NCBI RefSeq assembly: GCF_009914755.1
Contig: NC_060928.1
Direction: 5' to 3' (one strand)
Source: the human T2T-CHM13v2.0 reference genome, Homo sapiens
DNA: 64,000 nucleotides
Positions 19,063-31,785 of the stretch are shown here, piece by piece. The notes under the pieces are model-generated. The model did no database searches. It was not told where the DNA came from and saw nothing but the letters and a program-made list of their open reading frames with translations. The translations under genes and the position numbers were made by a program. Each line of letters opens with the position of its first letter. Position 1 is the first letter of the stretch.

Positions 19063-19955
19063 CTTCTCTGGAATTCATAAAAGAAGAAATAACAATGACT
19101 CATATTACTTTTTTAAAATCTTCATTCTCACGAACAACAAAGAAAAGCAAATGAAAATGTAAAAGTTTTTACTTATTAATTTTACGAAGATTTTTTAAAC
19201 TTTTAATATTCAAGTTGGTGAGAAAACAAAGCCATCTGGCAATATGTATCAAAATTCTTAAAACTGTTTATACTCTTTGGCCCAATAATCCCACTCCTAG
19301 AAAATTATTATAAGGAAATAATCACTAATATTTGTAAACACTGATTTTGTTTATATTTATATCATTGAAAATTAGAGGTAACCCAAATAGTCTGTAATTG
19401 GGGATTTCTTGAAAAATTTTTGGTTCCTCCACTATGAAACAGTAGGTAGCCATTTAAAAGTATTAATTTTACAACTGATGTATAATGAAACAATTTTGAA
19501 ATCACTGCAAACATAAAGTAGTGATTTCAAAATTGGTTTATTACTTATTAAGTGAAATATTAGTGATCAAAAGAATATATAAGATACAATCTCATTTTTA
19601 AAACATATATGTGATATGTGATTGAGAACTATACCATTCATTAAAGTTAACCATGCTTATCTCTGAAGGGTAAGGTAATAAGTGATAGTTATTTTTTTCT
19701 TGTTTATCTTTTTTTGTAAAGTTTATATAGCAAACATTTATTACCATATAAGAAAAATGGATATCCTTAAAACAGCTGGTCAATGGGCCTCATTAGTATA
19801 ATTATTGTAATAAACATTTCTTGAGCACATACTGTGGGCCAGGCACTGATCTAGGTGCTGTGACAGCAGGCACTATTCCTCCTCTCATGAGACTTACCAT
19901 TCAGAAGATTTACTTCTCTTGTTCAGTCACTTAAAATGGGAAATATACGTGCCTT

Positions 19956-20470
19956 TGTATCTGGACTCCTTTCATTGCAAATGACAACATCCAATTCAAA
20001 ATAGCTTCTGCAAAAAAATAGAAAACAAAATATTTGGGAATTCATGAAACTGAAGTCCATGAGTAACTGACTTCACACATGGCTAGATCATTTGGAATCT
20101 TCAGAACTTGGCATCTCACAAAATTTCACCCTACTTGTCTTTGTGTTTGCTCCATTTTCAGGATCTCCTGATAATGTCAAGACGACTGTCAACAGCTCCA
20201 GACTTATATGCAATGTCCTCAACAGACAGCAAAAATACAGATACTTTCTTCCCAATTGTTTAAAAAAAAATGCTCAGATGGTTCTAATGGGGTCATGTGC
20301 CTGTCCCTGAACCATTGTCCATGACCTGAGAAATGTGATGCACTAATCAGTGAGTCTGAGTTCATATAGCCTACCTTAAATATGAACTGAGGTTGGAGGA
20401 GAGACTTTCCCCAAAGAAAATCATGAGGCAGGGACTGGATGCTGAGACTGCAAAATAAGAGATGTCCACT
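19956..20470. mobile_element. Old MaLR LTR (MLT1-like), diverged
   Basis: tgtatctggactcctttcattgcaaatgacaacatccaattcaaaatagct start resembles old MLT1 LTR termini. Confidence 0.4.
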
Positions 20471-21289
20471 ATGGTCTTATAGCAGAAGCATGGAGCAAGA
20501 TGAGCAAGTTGGAGTCCGGGCTTCAAGTATAAAACTTAATTCAAAAAACCAAGTTGCATTTTCACAATATATTTAATATAAGTAGGTGACTTGAGTGTCA
20601 CCAGGCAAATTTGCTTTTAGATTCACATCAACCTAATTGCAGAAAATATACTTACTTACATGTAAGAATTATGCTTATTTACATGTATGTTTTGACATAT
20701 AAATTCTAGTCTCACACATATTACAGGCGAAAAGAGAATTATCCATGTTAGAAATCTGCTCCTTTGGCAGGTGATGTGAACGGGGCCCAAACAACACACA
20801 TGGTAGACCCAGTGTCTTATACCACTTATCAGCAGGCCAGGGCTAGAGCCCTGACTCATCTCAACTCCCAGTGATGCTGCTGCACCTTAAAGACTCTCTA
20901 CCCCATATAACTCCAGCCAACAATAAACTCTTCAGACTTTGAAGATTTCACTGTTTAAATGAAGCACACTTAAAACTTTAATAGATCAGCTCATAAACAC
21001 CTCATTTTTGCTCTGGCGAACGATTAAACAGTGGCTATCTGCAGGAATAGCTAGCTAATTAGCAACATATGTCCCCCATTTATCCCCAAGGCTTATTTTA
21101 AGTAAGTTCTTCCTTATTAATTATTTTTCATAAGTATTTTAATATTTCAAAGCTCACACTTAAGACTAAGAAACCAAGCTTGCCAAATGTACTCATGGTA
21201 GAACATCTCTGTCATTCTGAACCTAGTTCCACCCTCTGCTAACCACATTACTCCATAACTGAGCCTTTTGATATTTTTTTCCCAACCCT

Positions 21290-21329
21290 GCACACACACA
21301 TACACACACACACTCACTCACACTCTCAC
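21290..21329. repeat. (CA)n microsatellite, imperfect
   Basis: cacacacacatacacacacacactcactcacactctcaca. Confidence 0.8.
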
Positions 21330-22244
21330 AGACTCAGATTTATCACAGGCCTACTCCTACTGATTACTTGGAGCAATGTGTTGAGAACTGTGAAGCTGGA
21401 TTCAATGGGAAAGGAGCTATGATCAGTTAATGATGCCTGCCATGAGCACAGGAGGGGAACTTCGTATCATGTTCTCCTAGATTTCCAGTCCCATCCAGTA
21501 TTTAATCATAATCTTAGACTTAAGAGACTCCAGGAGGTCCATCCAAGGGGACTCAGTGTCCAGTCTCTCCTCCCAGACAAGCAGGAGGCTGGGCCACTGG
21601 ACACAGGTTACCCCAAGCCCAACTGGAATCTCCAGGGCCTGGGTAAGGAATAGGGAAAAGGCAGGGAAGGATTGGCCATGAGCTGCAGAACATATTATTA
21701 AAAGCCCAAGATGGAGCGAGGCAACCCAGGCAACCCAGTTATCAACCCAAAGGGAATAAGTAAAGAGGGAAAATCCAGATTCAAGGAAACAGGAAGGAAC
21801 CAGGGAAACCAGACCAAAACAATAGGGTTCAAAGTAAAGAATGGGAGGCAGAACCTGGAGGAAGTCCCTGAGCCGTGAGCCGTAGAATCATAGACGCAGC
21901 TGCGTATAGGGTCTTTGACCAAGTGCACAGGTGGAAAGGAAGCTAATTTTTAAGGGCAGTGACTTTGACTGCCCTCAGCATCAAATCAGACTTACTGTTG
22001 GGCCAAATACTAGATCTTGACCTTATTTCCAAAATGCAGCCCCTCTGTGTAACCAAGTCCTGGAATACAGCATTAATCATGTTCCCAGCATCTGATTCCC
22101 TATCTCACCTTGCTTTTTGCCAACTCCTCACCCTTCACCACCCCAGGAGCAGGAATTCTACACCTGAAGCCCAGCTCTGCAGCTGGAACCTGCTAGCTTC
22201 TAACTATTAACTACACACCTTTGGTGTTCACAGCACACCTGGCT

Positions 22245-22960
22245 TCATTCATTTTTCCTACAAATTATTGACATACTGTGTTGAGTATTAGGAATACATT
22301 AGTAAGTGTTCTTGCCACTGTGGAGCTTTCAGGCTATTGGGATAATAGACATTAATCAAAGAACCATACAAATAAATGTGAAATTATAACTGTGAAAACA
22401 TTATAAAAGGAAAGTGTATGATGCCTTTAACGGAGGCATCTACCTTAGTCAGAGAGGTCATGGAAGCCTCCCCTGAGGAAATAAGACTGAACTGAAGGAA
22501 GGTCAAGAATTCACTCATTCACTCAATTGTTCATTTATTCATTCATTCAACAGATACTAATTGAGCACCTGCTATGTTCCAGACACTGCTCTAGGTGCTA
22601 GGGATATGGCAATGGATGAAATAAGACCTCAGGCCTCGTGGAGCTTATAGTCTGAATACAGGGTGAGAAAAACAAATATATAAGTAATTAGTCAAAATAA
22701 TCATGATCACAAGTCAGGTTCGGATTGTGCTGTAGTGAAAATAAAACGAGGTGATGTAGACAGATTCTGGGGAGGTCAGGGAAGACCTCTATGCAGGCAG
22801 AGTGACAAGAAGGCAGAGTTGGTCGCTGGTCTCCAGAAGATTTGGGGAAAGAAAATTTTAATGCACAGGAAGCAACAGATATAGAGGCCCTGAGGCAGGA
22901 ATGAGCTTAGCATCTTTCAGGGATGCTAAAAAGGCCATTGGGAATGGAGCCCAGAGACAA
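22245..22960 (-). mobile_element. L2 fragments
   Basis: ttcattcattcaacagatactaattgagcacctgctatgttccagacactgctctaggtgctagggat, the antisense L2 3' end; two adjacent pieces. Confidence 0.7.
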
Positions 22961-23624
22961 AGCCATCATCAGCAAATAAATAATTGGCTTTAAACATGAA
23001 AGTGTCTTCAGAAAGCTAGCTTAAAAATGTGCAATTTTTCTTCCTGATTCAACTAGAACTGCGACGTAAATATGACGCATATTGCTACATGTTTGCGTGG
23101 GCACAAATCTTATTGGCAGTTCTGGTAAATAAACGTAGGACCAGTTGGGGTCTCCCTGACGCCTCTCACCACTGTGAACACAGTCTCTGATAACATTGTT
23201 TTGTCACTCTTCACTCCCACCAGCAATGAAGACAGATAAATGGCTTCCTGACAAATGGCCCCACTTTCCAAGGTCTGGGGCTCTGAAGGAAGGAGACGTG
23301 AGCCTTGAAGCACTTCTGGAGTGAACTCCTTGGAGGGTTTGTGGCCGTGAGCTCTCTGGGGCTGCTGCATAAGGAGCCACTGCATTATTTCTTCTGAAAA
23401 ATTAGATTTTGCTTGCAACCCATTAAAATTTCCAAAGCTTCATGAAATGGATTCCAGACTATGTATCATTGTAATTTGCAACAGACAATGCCTGATCATA
23501 GAAACAATAGAGATTTAAAGTGAAATATGTTTTGCCTATGTCTAGCCACAATGCCCTAGAAAAGGTTGAAATATGTCCTTTCTGATGTATTCTCACCCAG
23601 GTAAAATTCCTTCCCAGAGATAAC

Positions 23625-24115
23625 CACTGAATAGTGTCCCCCTAAAATTCACATCCATTTGGAATCTCACCATGTGACTTGATTTGGAAATAGAGTCTTT
23701 GCAGATGTAAGTAGTTAAGATGAGGTCATACTGGATTAGGGTGGGCCCTAAATCCAGGGACTGATATCTTTATGGGGAAAAGGAGAAGGAGATGCAGACA
23801 CAGACGCACACACAGGGAGGAGCCATGTGGAGATGGAGGCGGCTACTGGAGTGCTGCAGCTGTGAGCCAAGAACTCCAAGGATTGATGGCAACCATCAGA
23901 AGCTAGGAAGAGTCTACAGCTGGACCACACTGAACGTGCCTGATCTCAAAAGAAGCTAGGAAGAGGCAAGAAAGGATTCTTGCCCAGGGCCTTCAGAGGG
24001 AGCACGGCCCAGCCAGTACCTTGATTTCAGACTTCCAGGCTCCAGAACACATTTCTGTTGTTTTAAGCCCCCCAGTTTGTGGTAATTTGTTACTGCAGCC
24101 CTGGGAAACTAATAC
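23625..24115 (+). mobile_element. MLT1 (MLT1B/C-like) MaLR LTR
   Basis: tttggaaatagagtctttgcagatgtaa...gatgaggtcatactggattagggtgggccctaaatcc ... ggtaatttgttactgcagccctgggaaactaataca. Confidence 0.85.
23912..23947 (+). pseudogene. 5S rRNA 5'-terminal 36-nt retro-fragment
   Basis: gtctacagctggaccacactgaacgtgcctgatctc matches 5S nt 1-36 (GTCTACGGCCATACCACCCTGAACGCGCCCGATCTC) at 29/36, three mismatches at CpG sites; 14-bp TSD agaagctaggaaga at 23898-23911 and 23951-23964. Confidence 0.82.
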
Positions 24116-24304
24116 AACAGCCATGAGTACCTATGACCTGGTACACAAGGAGAGAGGGAACCAGCCCAGGAAACTGCCAGATGATGAGAATCAATGGTAC
24201 CTACTCTAGCAAAACAGAAATGAAGCAGTTGTTTGATGAATTTGACTACAGATAATTTGGGGAAAGGAACTTGAATTGCACAATGGTTAAAAGTTGGGGC
24301 TTTG

Positions 24305-24775
24305 CAGCAATCCCATTACTGGGTATATGCCCAAAGGAAAATAGATTATACCAAAAAGACACATACCCTCATATGTTCATCACCAAGCTGCCCATCAATG
24401 TTGGATTGGATAAAGAAAATGTAATACATCAACACTGTGGAATACTACATAGCCCTAAAAAAAACAATGAAATCATGTCCTTCACAGCAACATGAATGGA
24501 GCTGGAGGCCATAATTCTAAGCAAATTAATGCAGGAACAGAAAACCAAATACCACCTGTTCTCATTTATAAGTAGGAGCTAAACACTGAACACATGTGGA
24601 TATAAACATGGGAACAACAGACACTGCAGACTACCAGAAGTGGGAAGGAGCAGGAGACACAGCTTGAAAGACTACCTATTGGGTACTGTCCTCCTTACCT
24701 GGATGCGATATACCTATGCAACAAACCTGCACATGTACATCCTGTATCTAAAATGAAAGTTGAATTAAACAAAAC
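24305..24775 (+). mobile_element. 5'-truncated L1 3' end (L1PB/L1MA1-like)
   Basis: cagcaatcccattactgggtatat... ggagctggaggccataattctaagc ... aacaaacctgcacatgtacatcctgtatctaaaatgaaagttgaa. Confidence 0.88.
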
Positions 24776-24938
24776 AAGTACACATCCATGTGCTGGGAGG
24801 CTGACACACCCCAGCTCCATGAGGACAGAAGTTCCTGTCTCCAGACACTTCCAGACCTCACTCTATGTACCTCTTCATCTGGCTGTTCATCTGTATTCTT
24901 TCTCATAAACCAGTAAACACTAAAAAAAAAAAAAAAAA
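24776..24938 (+). mobile_element. MER21-like LTR fragment plus poly(A): 3'-transduced segment
   Basis: tgctgggaggctgacacaccccagctccatgaggacagaag...ctcttcatctggctgttcatctgtat...cataaaccagtaaac followed by A17; lies inside the TSD of the upstream L1. Confidence 0.7.
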
Positions 24939-26514
24939 TTGGGGTTTTGGAATCAGAAAATCTGGGCTGAGTCCCAAGCCTGTCATTTACCTTGTACAAG
25001 TTACTAGATCTCTCTAAGCCTCTGCTTTTCATGGATAAAAGGAGGACTTACCTCATAAGGCGGCTGTGAGAGGTAAGAGGGAAACCCCTAAAGAGCTTAG
25101 TGAGTGCCTGCCCCATAGTTAAGCCCCCAGTAAAGGGAAGCTGCTATTACCATTATTGCTATTACCATTATTATCACTCTTCCATCCTCAGAAAGGCTTC
25201 CTCTCCCCAGAAAAGGAATGACTGATTTTATTCAAATGTGCTTTTAGAATCTATTCATCATTGGCTTTTGTTCCACTACCACTTAGCAGGACCAGTCTGT
25301 AAGCTAAAAGCATTAAATGTTCAATTCTGAATAATAGATAATCTTGCTATGTTCATAGTGAGTCCAGATCCAAGAAAACATATTTTTGAACAATTTCTTG
25401 CCTATCCCAACATATAAATTCTTTTCCAAAAAATAAATTTTAAAGACCATAGTATTTTTTCAAAACAAAATGTATTGAGAGCCCACCCTCTGCCAGGTCC
25501 TTCCCAAATGTTATTTCATCTACGCCTTGCAACTCTGCAAATGAGACTACAGTAATCCTGTTTTACAGACGAGGAGGCTGAGGCTCAGAGCAGCTTCTGA
25601 CTGAGGACTCTGGACTGACTCCAACTTAAAGCAGGAGATAAAAGCAGCACTGGGGAAAGGAATTAGGGAGGCAGGAATGTTGCTGCAAATGTTCGCTTCC
25701 CAAAAGGCAGAGTGAAATACTCACTCAGAGCCGTAACTGGGCATCAGGTGGCCTGTCTGAATTCTAGTCTGGGCTCCACTATCACCCAACTGGGCAAAGC
25801 ACTGTCAGTCTCTGGGCCTCAGTTTTCCTAGCTGTGAAGCAAGGGATGTGGACTAAAGGATTCCTCACAACACTCTCATCTCCAAAATTGTATGAATATG
25901 TGGTATCCTTCCTTTTAGTTTTTTTAGGCAATTTAATGTGAAAAAAAAATTAAAGATGCTGAAGTTGATGTTTTCCAAATTCACAATATTTACAATACAG
26001 TATTGTAGTTTTCATAATATTTGCAACACAGTATTGTCATTTTAGTTTTCATCAAACTGATCCTACTCCTTTATTTCTGTAGTTAGCTCGTAGCAAAACA
26101 ACATGGCAGCATTTTTCACTAAAACCGTGTATTTTTTTCTTCTTACACAGGAAAGTCTGAGTAATACCAAAAATAAAAAAAAATAATGCTTCACATTTAA
26201 ACAGTATCTTTGATCTGAGGCCTTCCTGTATGGTATTTTTATAAGCTATGCATGTTATTATTTTTCGGTCACGTTAAAGCACTAGGATGTCTAGACCACT
26301 GATATTATGGGAGCTCTTCAAAGTAACACACGACATGTAATAATAAACTCAGCTTTTTGCTTCAGTGTACCTTACATCCAGGAAGTGCTGAACTTTTTAG
26401 TCTTAAGTAATGTTTCATCACCCTGTGCATTTTATAGATACGAAAACAGAATCGAAGCAGATTCTAAAGAAAAATCCATTTTGGCTTAATGTGATGTTTA
26501 TTAGAAATAGTAGC

Positions 26515-26793
26515 TCATGCCTGTAATACCAACACTTTGGGAGGCTGAGGCAGGTGGATCATGAGGTCAGGAGTTCAAGACCACCCTGGCCAAGATGGTG
26601 AAACCCCATCTCTACTAAAAATACAAAAATTAGCTGGGCATGGTGGCAGGCGCCTGTAATCCCAGCTACTTGGGAGGCAGAGGCAGAGAACTGCTTGAAC
26701 CCAGGAGGCGGAGGTTACGGTGAGCTGAGATCGCACCACTGCACTCCAGCCTGGGCAACAGGCGAGACTCTGTCTCAAAAAAGAAAAAAAGAA
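26515..26793 (+). mobile_element. Alu (AluSg-like), slightly 5'-truncated
   Basis: ggatcatgaggtcaggagttcaagacc; TSD agaaatagtagc at 26503-26514 and 26794-26805. Confidence 0.93.
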
Positions 26794-28883
26794 AGAAATA
26801 GTAGCAAGCATTTATTAGGTATTTATAGCTGAGTTTTATAGATGAGGAACTAAGGCACAGAGAAGGGGTAATCTGGTACAAGGAGTGGCTGATGATCACT
26901 CACAAAGCTGGGATCAACTCCAGAAGCCTGGCTCTAGAGTCCACAGTCATCACCACCACCTTGATGTGGGGAAACTGAGGCTGAGAATAGTGTAGTAACT
27001 TGAACATTTGCAAATAATCTGCATACACTCACTACCTTATGGTGAAATTCCATCAGCTTGCCCCCTTCAAGAAGAAATGATCACACTGTCGAAAGGCTCT
27101 ACCGACTTGCATTGTTCTTCCCCCTTAGCAAGTACCATGCTGAAGACTTCACCAGACCGCATTCATCTCTGATGGTAACTGCTTCAGCTGTCACATACTT
27201 GATCCTCACATCTTATTAAAATATACAGCAAGAAAGAGCAAAGTTTATGCTAGTCTTTATTTCTGAGCAGATTGAGTTTCGCATCAAATATTTCATCTCC
27301 TTCCAATATATAAGACAACCTCTTCCAAAAATCCATTACTGTTTTCATTGTATATTCATGCATTGTAAGAAATATAAAAATAAAAAAAAAAACCCTGAAA
27401 AAGCCCTAAGTATTGGATCAAATTCATTCCGTGCTATTTTTTATTCCTTGAAATCACTCTAGGTCACCTTGGCGAAAATTGCTATCACCTGTGAAACATT
27501 TTAAATCCCTTGACTCAGAAGTGCAGTGGTCAAACTTGATTTTTACTGAGTTATTTTAGCAGACATTGCCTTATTTCTGTGATGTCGACTCTAGTTCAGG
27601 GGAAACAGAACTCATTTCTTTCCCAGAGGAAGATGGAATAAACTTTGAAGCTGCTGCAACTGCCACTAAGGAGTTGTGATAACGGCTGCTCTTTAATTAA
27701 TAAGCTCTCGACCATTTAATTTTTAAAAAATTATTTGATCATGTATGTCTTTATTCTGTACCTGTTCCACAAAAGATTCAAACCTCATACTTTTTAAAAG
27801 ATACGTTGCTTAAGAATTTTTGTCTTCCATGCGGCAGATTTATTCATGGCTACAGACAATGCCCTTCTCGTATTTCTGACTTTCCTCTGTTCTCATGTCA
27901 GGTAAGGTCTTAGATCTGGAGACAAGAATGTTCCTCCCAACAGAACCCCTCTCCAACCCACTCCCACCAATTTCCTAGGGACCTCTTTAAAGGAGCCCAG
28001 AAATTTAGAACTACCGGGCATAAGCACAAAAAACAAAAAGTGCATTATTTCGTGTGTGGAAATTGGTTTTATCTCCCATCCATTCGCTTCTGTTATTAAG
28101 GAACCCATGACCTCCATCTTCTCCCCATCTGCTAAAAAGGGCTGACCTCAGTTTGAGGCATTCAAAGTTATCAAGGGGAGCAAGTGAGGGGGATGGGCTG
28201 AGGGGGTGAGCATGCAAGCCTGGCAATGTCATAAGCATTCTTTCCAAAGGAAACCACGCTAAAAGGCTGATAAACCCCAATCTCTTTTCACAGCTGGCCT
28301 TCGGCGCCCCTTAATGTAACTCCCTCATTTGTTCATCAGCACTTTATGAGAAAATAAACAAAAACATGGCCTGTTTCCTCATTGTCAGCACATCAGACAC
28401 TTCCTGCTCAGAGAGGCCACCATCCCACCCTAAGAGTCAGAAGCCCACTGCCTATTTTGCCTCAGCTTTTTAACAGCCATTTTCTAAGCTGCATTCCAAG
28501 GGCCTAATCAAATCCAAAGCCCCCTGTGGGTGGATGTCATAGACTCTAGTGCTCTGCAAGGCACAAGGCTCACTTCAGGCCGGCCGCTGTTGAAGAATAA
28601 GTGGGTGAGCTACACCGAAATCCTGAAAGTTGCTTCCCTTTTCTCCATTATCGGTTTACTTTAATAAATAAAATGAAATAAGCTGAGGAAAAGGAGAAAC
28701 ATTTAAAATTAACTTTTCACCAAATCACTAGTTCTATCTATAGGGTATGCAAATTCTGTAATTTTTGTAACATTCTCAAATCAATCCAATGATTCCAGGT
28801 TTTTCACTAAATCTTTAAAAAGAAGAAGAAAGAAATAGTGAGGGCAAATGTGAGAACTGAAGGGTTATGACCCCCATTTCTGG

Positions 28884-29158
28884 TTTTTGTTTTTAGAGAG
28901 AGGGTCTCACTCTGTCACCCTGGTTGGAGTACAGTGGTGCAATCATAGTTCACCATAACCTCAAACTCCTGGGCTCAAGCAATGCTTCCTCCTCAGCCTG
29001 CCAAGTAAGTGGAACTATAGGTGCATGCCACCACATGGCTAATTTTAAATTTTTAAAAAAATAAAAATGTAGAGAGAGTCTCCCTATGTTGCCCAGGTTG
29101 GTCTCAAACTCCTGCTCCCAATGCACTGGATCACAGGTGCAAGCCACCATGCCTGGCC
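28884..29158 (-). mobile_element. Alu (AluJ-like) with internal deletion in the left arm
   Basis: agggtctcactctgtcacc...ctcctgggctcaagcaat...gtctcaaactcctg|ctcccaatgcactggatcacagg...cctggcc. Confidence 0.9.
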
Positions 29159-29394
29159 CATGACCATCATGTTTAAAATTCTCAATTGGCTCAATCATGC
29201 CCTGAGACAGGCTAGCATGGATATCTCCCTTCTTGAAAAGATTTGAAAGCTTAAAGAGAGAAGGCATGGATGCAGAGTCTGGCTGGGGGATGCAGTCAAG
29301 ACTCTGGATGAATGTTGTAATGTTTCAGTGGCTCAGAGGTATGGTGGACACCCATGATGCCAACTTCTAGGAGTCTGGCTTTTAAAATACACAA

Positions 29395-29610
29395 GTGGTA
29401 TGGAGCTGCAGTTAAGAGTACAGGCTCTGGTGCCTGACTTCTTGGGTTCACAGCATGACTCTGCTACATGCTATCTCTGAGAACTTCGACAAGTTACTTA
29501 AACTCTCTAAGCCTGAGTGTCTGCCTCACAGGACAATTATGATGACTGAGTGAGGTGGTATGTGCAAAGAGCAGAGGCCTGTGAGGTTGTGCTCAAAAAA
29601 AAGTTAACTG
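29395..29610 (+). mobile_element. MIR
   Basis: gcagttaagagtacaggctctggtgcctgacttcttgggttc...gacaagttacttaaactctctaagcctgag. Confidence 0.7.
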
Positions 29611-31442
29611 TTAAATATCAGATGACATGAATGAATTCCAATACTTTTTACACAATACAGATTATGGGCATGATCCTAAGGGTTGTTTTTAAAAAAATAC
29701 ATACATAAAAGAAAGAGAGAGAATACAGTCACACAGTGGAACTTTAACATAGTTGCTAAGGAGTAGAATTCTGTATAAGTTGCATCTGTCTTAGAACTTA
29801 TGTAATGGAAGATTTATTATCACAAAACAAAGAGTCCTCATTTAGAAATAAAGGAAACTCCTGCCATGAGCCTGAGGCTCTAGCATACTTTGGAACCAAA
29901 ATCCTAGGGAAATGGTGAACATTACCACTGACTGTGTGATTTGTGATCTTGACCAAGTCATTTAACCTCCCAGTGTTCTCATGAGAACAAAAACAAAAAC
30001 AAAAAAAAAAAGGAATTCGACTGAAAGGCATCAAAAATCTCTTAGAAGTCCCATTTTACCCTAACATCCTATGATTTTACATAATGCTATGAACTGTTTG
30101 AAGTTGAGTCAAACCAGATAATGAGAGTAATAGCCCCCACATCTAGGATAGACAATTTAACACTGTGTCATTTAGACTTCAGCAAATAAACTATTGTTGA
30201 AAGTATTTTACTCTTGTCTCCCCAGCTACACACAAAAAAAAGCTCTTTGAAGACAGGGCCCATGTGTCATACTTATTCCCCATTGTCCTAAGCATAGCAT
30301 TTAACACAGAGTAGCCACCAGTAATGTGTGAGGTAGAACCTAGTTCCATAAACCTTATATGTCCAACTATATCATGACTTTATAATTGTTCGAGGTACTT
30401 ATTGATCAATCATAGCAAGCTAACCCAAAACAGACCAGCCAGGCATGTGACTCAATAAAGCATATTTCTAGCCTTTCATTTATTCACAAATATTTCTTCA
30501 ATAACTACGATGTGCTGGTTGTCAGGGACGCTCTGTGCCACCATCACAACTGAAGGTCCTCATGCACACAAATGGGTACCAATGGAGCATAACTAGAAAC
30601 TGACTTGGCTCATCAACCCTTTTTCTCCCAAACCATGCTTCCCCTCACCAATGAAGGGACTCTGCAGCTCATCCCTGGAGTTTTACTGGTATTTTATCTT
30701 ATTAGCAGGTGTGACGTTACTACATTTAAAAAACAACAACAACGTGCATGCATGCATAGGGCTTCCTACAGATCTAAAACCTAGAGTGTTTAGGAAATAA
30801 TATTTCAGCCTTTCTTAAAACAGAAATATTACACTGTAGGCTGGTGACTGCTATTCCTAGAAGCCTTCTGAGCTTAACATTTCCTGCTGCTCTGTTTCTG
30901 GTCTTAAGTACATCAGCAAAATACTCTGTGGTCTGTAGATTATCTGTAAACCAACTGACAGGTATCCAATGCAGACCATGTGCAGACGTTTCTTTCCCCT
31001 CTATCACTGCCCTCAGATGATGCCGTGAAAAGTAAAAGTTCATCAGATGCTGACGGGGTTCGTGATAGAGCTGCACTGTGAATTCCTAAGGCTGAGGGCT
31101 GTTTGTGATTTATCACTGCTCCTGCTTATCTGCCATGGAGTGACTTTCCTCCACTTAAATAGCAGCCTGCTTCCCTCCTGTGGCTCCATCTCGGTTGCCA
31201 AGGTTCTCTAAATGCTAATCAGGAGATAGAGGACATTCTGTGATCTTGTGAAGTGCTCACCCAGCAATTTGGTAAAAACAGAGTGCAAACATCATGCCTG
31301 GGTACCTGTCTTTGTTGGTCAAGGTTCAGTTCAGAAATGACCACCACCGAGGCTGTGTCTGCCATTGCAAAGAGAAATTAAATATTCAAACACTTTTCTA
31401 GAAATCTCAGATGTATTTAAAATAATAATAATAAGGCTAATA

Positions 31443-31785
31443 CACCATAAAAAAGGATGAGTTCATGTCCTTTGCAGGGACATGGATGAAGCTGGAAACC
31501 ATCATTCTCAGCAAACTAACACAAAAACAGAAAACCAAACACCGCATGTTCTCATTCATAAGTGGGAGTTGAACAATGAGAACACATGGACACAGGGAGG
31601 GGAACGTCACACACCAGGGCCTGTCGGGGTGTGGGAGGCGAGGGATAGCATTAGGAGAAATACCTAATGTAGATGACGAGTTGATGGGTGCAGCAAACCA
31701 CCATGGCACGTGCATACCTATGTAACAAACCTGCACGTTCTGCACGTGTATCCCAGAATTTAAAGTATAATTAAAAACAGAAAAA
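31443..31785 (+). mobile_element. 5'-truncated L1PA (L1PA7/8-like) 3' end
   Basis: ggatgagttcatgtcctttgcagggacatggatgaagctggaaacc ... cccagaatttaaagtataat; TSD aataaggctaata at 31430-31442 and 31786-31798. Confidence 0.93.

Larger units (their letters stand above)
24278..25150 (+). mobile_element. MIR split by the L1 plus transduction insertion
   Basis: gcacaatggttaaaagttggggctttg | gaatcagaaaatctgggctgagtccc...gtacaagttactagatctctctaagcctctgcttttcat (MIR core). Confidence 0.7.

Noticed and set aside
23110-23418. 102-aa minus-strand ORF in unique sequence
   Set aside because: Non-ATG start, no recognisable domain and no supporting exon structure; its length is compatible with chance.
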